A DNA stretch of 64,000 nucleotides. Origin: Macrostomum hystrix (lineage: Eukaryota > Animalia > Platyhelminthes). Location: NCBI GenBank assembly GCA_950097015.1, contig CATNEN010000041.1, positions 1,426,001-1,490,000 of the forward strand, read 5' to 3'. A program made the position numbers and the translations under genes. Under the pieces are notes generated by a model. It ran no database searches. It saw only the letters and a list, made by a program, of their open reading frames with translations, and was not told where the DNA came from. Positions 58,709-64,000 of this stretch are shown piece after piece; within the stretch, counting starts at the first letter, position 1, and each line of letters starts with the position of its first letter.

Positions 58709-58987
58709 GTGAGTCTCTGATTGTGAGGCTTTCGTACTACCTGAGAAGCTGCAGTAGTGAGAACATATTGAATAAGAAGTATTCTTTGTTATTGTCTCGC
58801 GCCTGAGCAGCTGAGTAAGGGACTGGCTGCCGGTCTAATTGTGTACTTCGAATGGGGATTTGGAGCATGCTTGAACTCTGTAAGAGAGTTTGTTGACCGC
58901 TCGCTTCGCTACGGATCTTTCCAGCAACAAAAAGCTGAATATATATTTCCAAACTTTCATATTATTTAAGGAGTAGATTTCACTTTC

Positions 58988-61877
58988 CCAAAATTGCATA
59001 TTCCCCAAGCATGGGATTTCAGTCTCCCCAAATTTCATATTCCCCAAGCATGGGATCTCAGTCTCCCCAAATTTCATATTCCCCAAGCATGGGATCTCAG
59101 TCGCCCTAAATTTCATATTCCCCAAGCATGGGATCTCAGTCTCCCCAAATTTCATATTCCCCAAGCATGGGATCTCAGTCGCCCTAAATTTCATATTCCC
59201 CAAGCATGGGATCTCAGTCGCCCTAAATTTCATATTCCCCAAGCATGGGATCTCAGTCTCCCCAAATTTCATATTCCCCAAGCATGGGATCTCAGTCTCC
59301 CCAAATTTCATATTCCCCATCTATTGGATCTCAGTCTCCCCAAATTTCATATTCCCCAAGCATGGGATCTCAGTCTCCTCAAATTTCATATTCCCCAAGC
59401 ATGGGATCTCAGTCTTCCCAAATTTCATATTCCCCATCTATTGGATCTCAGTCTCCCCAAATTTCATATTCCCCATCTATTGAATCTCAGTCTCCCCAAA
59501 TTTCATATTCCCATCTATTGAATCTCAGTCTCCCCAAATTTCATATTCCCCATCTATTGGATCTCAGTCTCCCCAAATTTCATATTCCCTATCTATTGAA
59601 TCTCAGTCTCCCCAAATTTCATATTCCCTATCTATTGAATCTCAGTCTCACCAAATTTCATATTCCCCATCTATTGAATCTCAGTCTCCCCAAATTTCAT
59701 ATTCCCCATCTATTGAATCTCAGTCTCCCCAAATTTCATATTCCCCATCTATTGAATCTCAGTCTCCCCAAATTTCATATTCCCCATCTATTGGATCTCA
59801 GTCTCCCCAAATTTCATATTCCCCATCTATTGAATCTCAGTCTCCCCAAATTTCATATCCCCATCTATTGAATCTCAGTCTCCCCAAATTTCATATTCCC
59901 CATCTATTGGATCTCAGTCTCCCCAAATTTCATATCCCCCATCTATTGAATCTCAGTCTCCCCAAATTTCATATTCCCCATCTATTGAATCTCAGTCTCC
60001 CCAAATTTCATATTCCCCATCTATTGAATCTCAGTCTCCCCAAATTTCATATTCCCCATCTATTGGATCTCAGTCTCCCCAAATTTCATATTCCCCATCT
60101 ATTGAATCTCAGTCTCACCAAATTTCATATTCCCTATCTATTGAATCTCAGTCTCCCCAAATTTCATATTCCCCATCTATTGAATCTCAGTCTCCCCAAA
60201 TTTCATATTCCCCATCTATTGAATCTCAGTCTCCCCAAATTTCATATTCCCTATCTATTGAATCTCAGTCTCCCCAAATTTCATATTCCCCATCTATTGA
60301 ATCTCAGTCTCCCCAAATTTCATATTCCCCATCTATTGGATCTCAGTCTCCCCAAATTTCATATTCCCCATCTATTGAATCTCAGTCTCCCCAAATTTCA
60401 TATTCCCCATCTATTGGATCTCAGTCTCCCCAAATTTCATATTCCCCATCTATTGAATCTCAGTCTCCCCAAATTTCATATTCCCCATCTATTGAATCTC
60501 AGTCTCCCCAAATTTCATATTCCCCATCTATTGAATCTCAGTCTCCCCAAATTTCATATTCCCCATCTATTGAATCTCAGTCTCCCCAAATTTCATATTC
60601 CCCATCTATTGAATCTCAGTCTCCCCAAATTTCATATTCCCTATCTATTGGATCTCAGTCTCCCCAAATTTCATATTCCCCATCTATTGAATCTCAGTCT
60701 CCCCAAATTTCATATTCCCCATCTATTGAATCTCAGTCTCCCCAAATTTCATATTCCCCATCTATTGAATCTCAGTCTCCCCAAATTTCATATTCCCCAT
60801 CTATTGAATCTCAGTCTCCCCAAATTTCATATTCCCCATCTATTGAATCTCAGTCTCCCCAAATTTCATATTCCCCATCTATTGAATCTCAGTCTCCCCA
60901 AATTTCATATTCCCCATCTATTGAATCTCAGTCTCCCCAAATTTCATATTCCCCATCTATTGAATCTCAGTCTCCCCAAATTTCATATTCCCCATCTATT
61001 GAATCTCAGTCTCCCCAAATTTCATATTCCCCATCTATTGAATCTCAGTCTCCCCAAATTTCATATTCCCCATCTATTGAATCTCAGTCTCCCCAAATTT
61101 CATATTCCCCATCTATTGGATCTCAGTCTCCCCAAATTTCATATTCCCTATCTATTGAATCTCAGTCTCCCCAAATTTCATATTCCCCATCTATTGGATC
61201 TCAGTCTCCCCAAATTTCATATTCCCCATCTATTGAATCTCAGTCTCCCCAAATTTCATATTCCCTATCTATTGGATCTCAGTCTCCCCAAATTTCATAT
61301 TCCCCATCTATTGAATCTCAGTCTCCCCAAATTTCATATTCCCCATCTATTGAATCTCAGTCTCCCCAAATTTCATATCCCCATCTATTGGATCTCAGTC
61401 TCCCAAATTTCATATTCCCCATCTATTGGATCTCAGTCTCCCCAAATTTCATATTCCCCATCTATTGGATCTCAGTCTCCCCAAATTTCATATTCCCCAT
61501 CTATTGAATCTCAGTCTCCCCAAATTTCATATTCCCCATCTATTGAATCTCAGTCTCCCCAAATTTCATATCCCCATCTATTGGATCTCAGTCTCCCAAA
61601 TTTCATATTCCCCATCTATTGGATCTCAGTCTCCCAAATTTCATATTCCCCATCTATTGAATCTCAGTCTCCCCAAATTTCATATTCCCCATCTATTGAA
61701 TCTCAGTCTCCCCAAATTTCATATTCCCTATCTATTGAATCTCAGTCTCCCCAAATTTCATATTCCCCATCTATTGAATCTCAGTCTCCCCAAATTTCAT
61801 ATTCCCCATCTATTGAATCTCAGTCTCCCCAAATTTCATATTCCCCATCTATTGAATCTCAGTCTCCCCAAATTTCT
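58988..61877. repeat. 39-bp satellite (CCCCAAATTTCATATTCCCCATCTATTGAATCTCAGTCT)n, about 2.9 kb, with two variant blocks
   Basis: Read directly; units up to about 59400 mostly carry AAGCATGGG in place of ATCTATTGA. Confidence 0.97.
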
Positions 61878-62174
61878 GAGTGCACTGCACTGCTTTTGTC
61901 AGAGTTGGGGTTGGGGTTGCCGTTTGTGAAAGCATGCTAATAAAATAGTGTACTCGTACACCTTATATGCGTGTTACAGCAGCAGTGCAAAATTGCATTT
62001 TTTAACTCACTTGTGGACTCAAATATTTGACTAAAACTCCTTCGCTGGAGCTCTACCGGATCATGTCTATGGGTCGAAGCCCTGCCAAAGACTTGGCAAG
62101 CTTTGTGAAGGAGCCGCAGCGCTGATTTAAGCAAGAAGAGCTACTTTAGTAAATTTGCTCAGACTCAGCGAAAG

Positions 62175-62819
62175 ATGAGCAAGCTGAAGGATCTCGAGAA
62201 TCAAAGCTATGCGCGCCGGTCGAAAGTCAAGAGCGACCAGGAGCCGCCCCAGTACCACACCGCCTACGGCTTCGACGAGAGCTGCGACGATGATGGAGCC
62301 GAGCAAGATGGGGTCGATGACGGCGCGAGCTATGACGAAATCGAATACGCGAGCGATGTCGAGGGGCCGGAGGAGGGCAGCGGCAGCAGGGGCAGCAGTC
62401 AGGACCGCCAAGTCGAGCTCCGAGGTGGCGACGGGGACGGTGATCTGCAGTTCGATGACCTGGCGCAGCTCTTGGACCTGCAGCCCATCATTGACCAGCA
62501 CGAGATCGCCGACCTGGAGAAACTGCTCGACCTTCCCACCGAGGATCTGGAGCTCCCGCCAGAGAGGGACGACAGTGAGGACGACGGAGGCACAAGGTCC
62601 ACTGCGGCGGAAAAGCCGGCTCCGCTGTTGCCGCACCGAAAGTCGCAACAGTGGAAGAAGAAGTCGGCAACAGTCGCCATTCGGAAATTGCGGCGCAGGA
62701 ACGAGGATGGCGGCGAGGTCTCGGCGGAGGCGGACGCAGCGGACAGCGAATCGAGCGAGTCGCTGTACCACTGCGAACCTGACAAGGGCGTCGAGTTCTA
62801 CCGGCTGCCGGACATTTGA
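62175..62819 (+). CDS. Acidic, low-complexity 214-aa ORF with a basic NLS-like patch; possibly a terminal exon (of HFM1 or another gene)
   Basis: GC3-rich codon usage like the other genes here; D/E-rich; KKKSATVAIRKLRRR. The frame is open back to about 62109 with several AG acceptors. No domain recognised. Confidence 0.55.
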   Translation: MSKLKDLENQSYARRSKVKSDQEPPQYHTAYGFDESCDDDGAEQDGVDDGASYDEIEYASDVEGPEEGSGSRGSSQDRQVELRGGDGDGDLQFDDLAQLLDLQPIIDQHEIADLEKLLDLPTEDLELPPERDDSEDDGGTRSTAAEKPAPLLPHRKSQQWKKKSATVAIRKLRRRNEDGGEVSAEADAADSESSESLYHCEPDKGVEFYRLPDI

Positions 62820-63176
62820 CCCTGATCCCTGGGCTGCCGTCAAAACACGGAGACGTCTTGACCGTGTCCGCTTTGCCTTAATGTCGGGAGGGAGGCTGGC
62901 TTCTTATTGATGATCTGATATACTGATCCCCATCTGCTAGTTTGTTTCCTTCTACTAGGATATTAATCCCACGATATTGCATTCTGTAAGGATCTTCTTT
63001 CGCATGAATATCGCACTTCTTAAGTATAAAATTATATTATAATGGAACTTACCAACCAAGCCACTTATGCCGCATTAGATTTTTTCCTTTTTTAGGTGCG
63101 GGACCGAATACGAAAAACAGGGAAAAATTCGTTTACTTGTACTTTTTCCACGCTTGAGCCCGCTTTTAAGGAGCAC

Positions 63177-64000
63177 TGAGTCCGCCTTGTACAGGAAGGA
63201 GCATCGAGTCCGCCTTGTACAGGAAGGAGCATCGAGTCCGCCTTGTACAGGAAGGAGCATCGAGTCCGCCTTGTACAGGAAGGAGCATCGAGTCCGCCTT
63301 GTACAGGAAGGAGCATCGAGTCCGCCTTGTACAGGAAGGAGCATCGAGTCCGCCTTGTACAGGAAGGAGCATCGAGTCCGCCTTGTACAGGAAGGAGCAT
63401 CGAGTCCGCCTTGTACAGGAAGGAGCATCGAGTCCGCCTTGTACAGGAAGGAGCATCGAGTCCGCCTTGTACAGGAAGGAGCATCGAGTCCGCCTTGTAC
63501 AGGAAGGAGCATCGAGTCCGCCTTGTACAGGAAGGAGCATCGAGTCCGCCTTGTACAGGAAGGAGCATCGAGTCCGCCTTGTACAGGAAGGAGCATCGAG
63601 TCCGCCTTGTACAGGAAGGAGCATCGAGTCCGCCTTGTACAGGAAGGAGCATCGAGTCCGCCTTGTACAGGAAGGAGTATCGAGTCCGCCTTGTACAGGA
63701 AGGAGCATCGAGTCCGCCTTGTTCAGGAAGGAGCATCGAGTCCGCCTTGTTCAGGAAGGAGCATCGAGTCCGCCTTGTACAGGAAGGAGCATCGAGTCCG
63801 CCTTGTACAGGAAGGAGCATCGAGTCCGCCTTGTACAGGAAGGAGCATCGAGTCCGCCTTGTTCAGGAAGGAGCATCGAGTCCGCCTTGTACAGGAAGGA
63901 GCATCGAGTCCGCCTTGTACAGGAAGGAGCATCGAGTCCGCCTTGTACAGGAAGGAGCATCGAGTCCGCCTTGTACAGGAAGGAGCATCGAGTCCGCATA
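63177..64000. repeat. 28-bp minisatellite (GAGTCCGCCTTGTACAGGAAGGAGCATC)n, running off the window end
   Basis: About 29 near-identical copies. Confidence 0.97.

Noticed and set aside
58994-61940. Long ORFs of (LSLPKFHIPHLLN)n, up to 690 aa
   Set aside because: Produced by the 39-bp satellite; no unique coding sequence.
63075-63999. Overlapping minus-strand ORFs with a 28-aa period
   Set aside because: Derived from the 28-bp tandem array.

Overview
Eukaryotic (animal) genomic DNA. GC3-rich genes with GT-AG introns, many unrelated minisatellites and tRNA-derived SINEs suggest the flatworm Macrostomum (inference, not verified). Genes reconstructed by hand: TENT4/PAPD5-7 non-canonical poly(A) polymerase (+, 3 exons, 19170-21455); MCRS1 (+, 2 exons, 25854-27208); LMO4 (-, 3 exons, 40289-33432); intronless SLC16/MCT transporter (-, 43122-41014); a frameshifted type II membrane GT-A glycosyltransferase of a family unusual for animals (+, 44906-46108); an intronless secreted PAN/apple plus LamG-like protein (+, 47207-48256); seven exons of the meiotic helicase HFM1/MER3 (+, 54291-58708, incomplete); and an acidic ORF (62175-62819). 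Mobile DNA: a 5'-deleted MULE with TIRs and a 9-bp TSD, a hAT MITE with an 8-bp TSD, two SINE families, a LINE 3' fragment, and a putative PPT plus 3' LTR. About 30 tandem arrays are present. Most notable observations: a 100-bp copy of HFM1 exon 3 inserted antisense into a SINE; sharply bounded CpG-depleted domains upstream of TENT4 and HFM1; ATG-less in-frame acceptors compatible with a spliced-leader AUG; a candidate horizontally acquired glycosyltransferase; private minisatellites in most HFM1 introns; and an HFM1 model that stops at a two-variant satellite. No CRISPR array, rRNA or intact tRNA was found.
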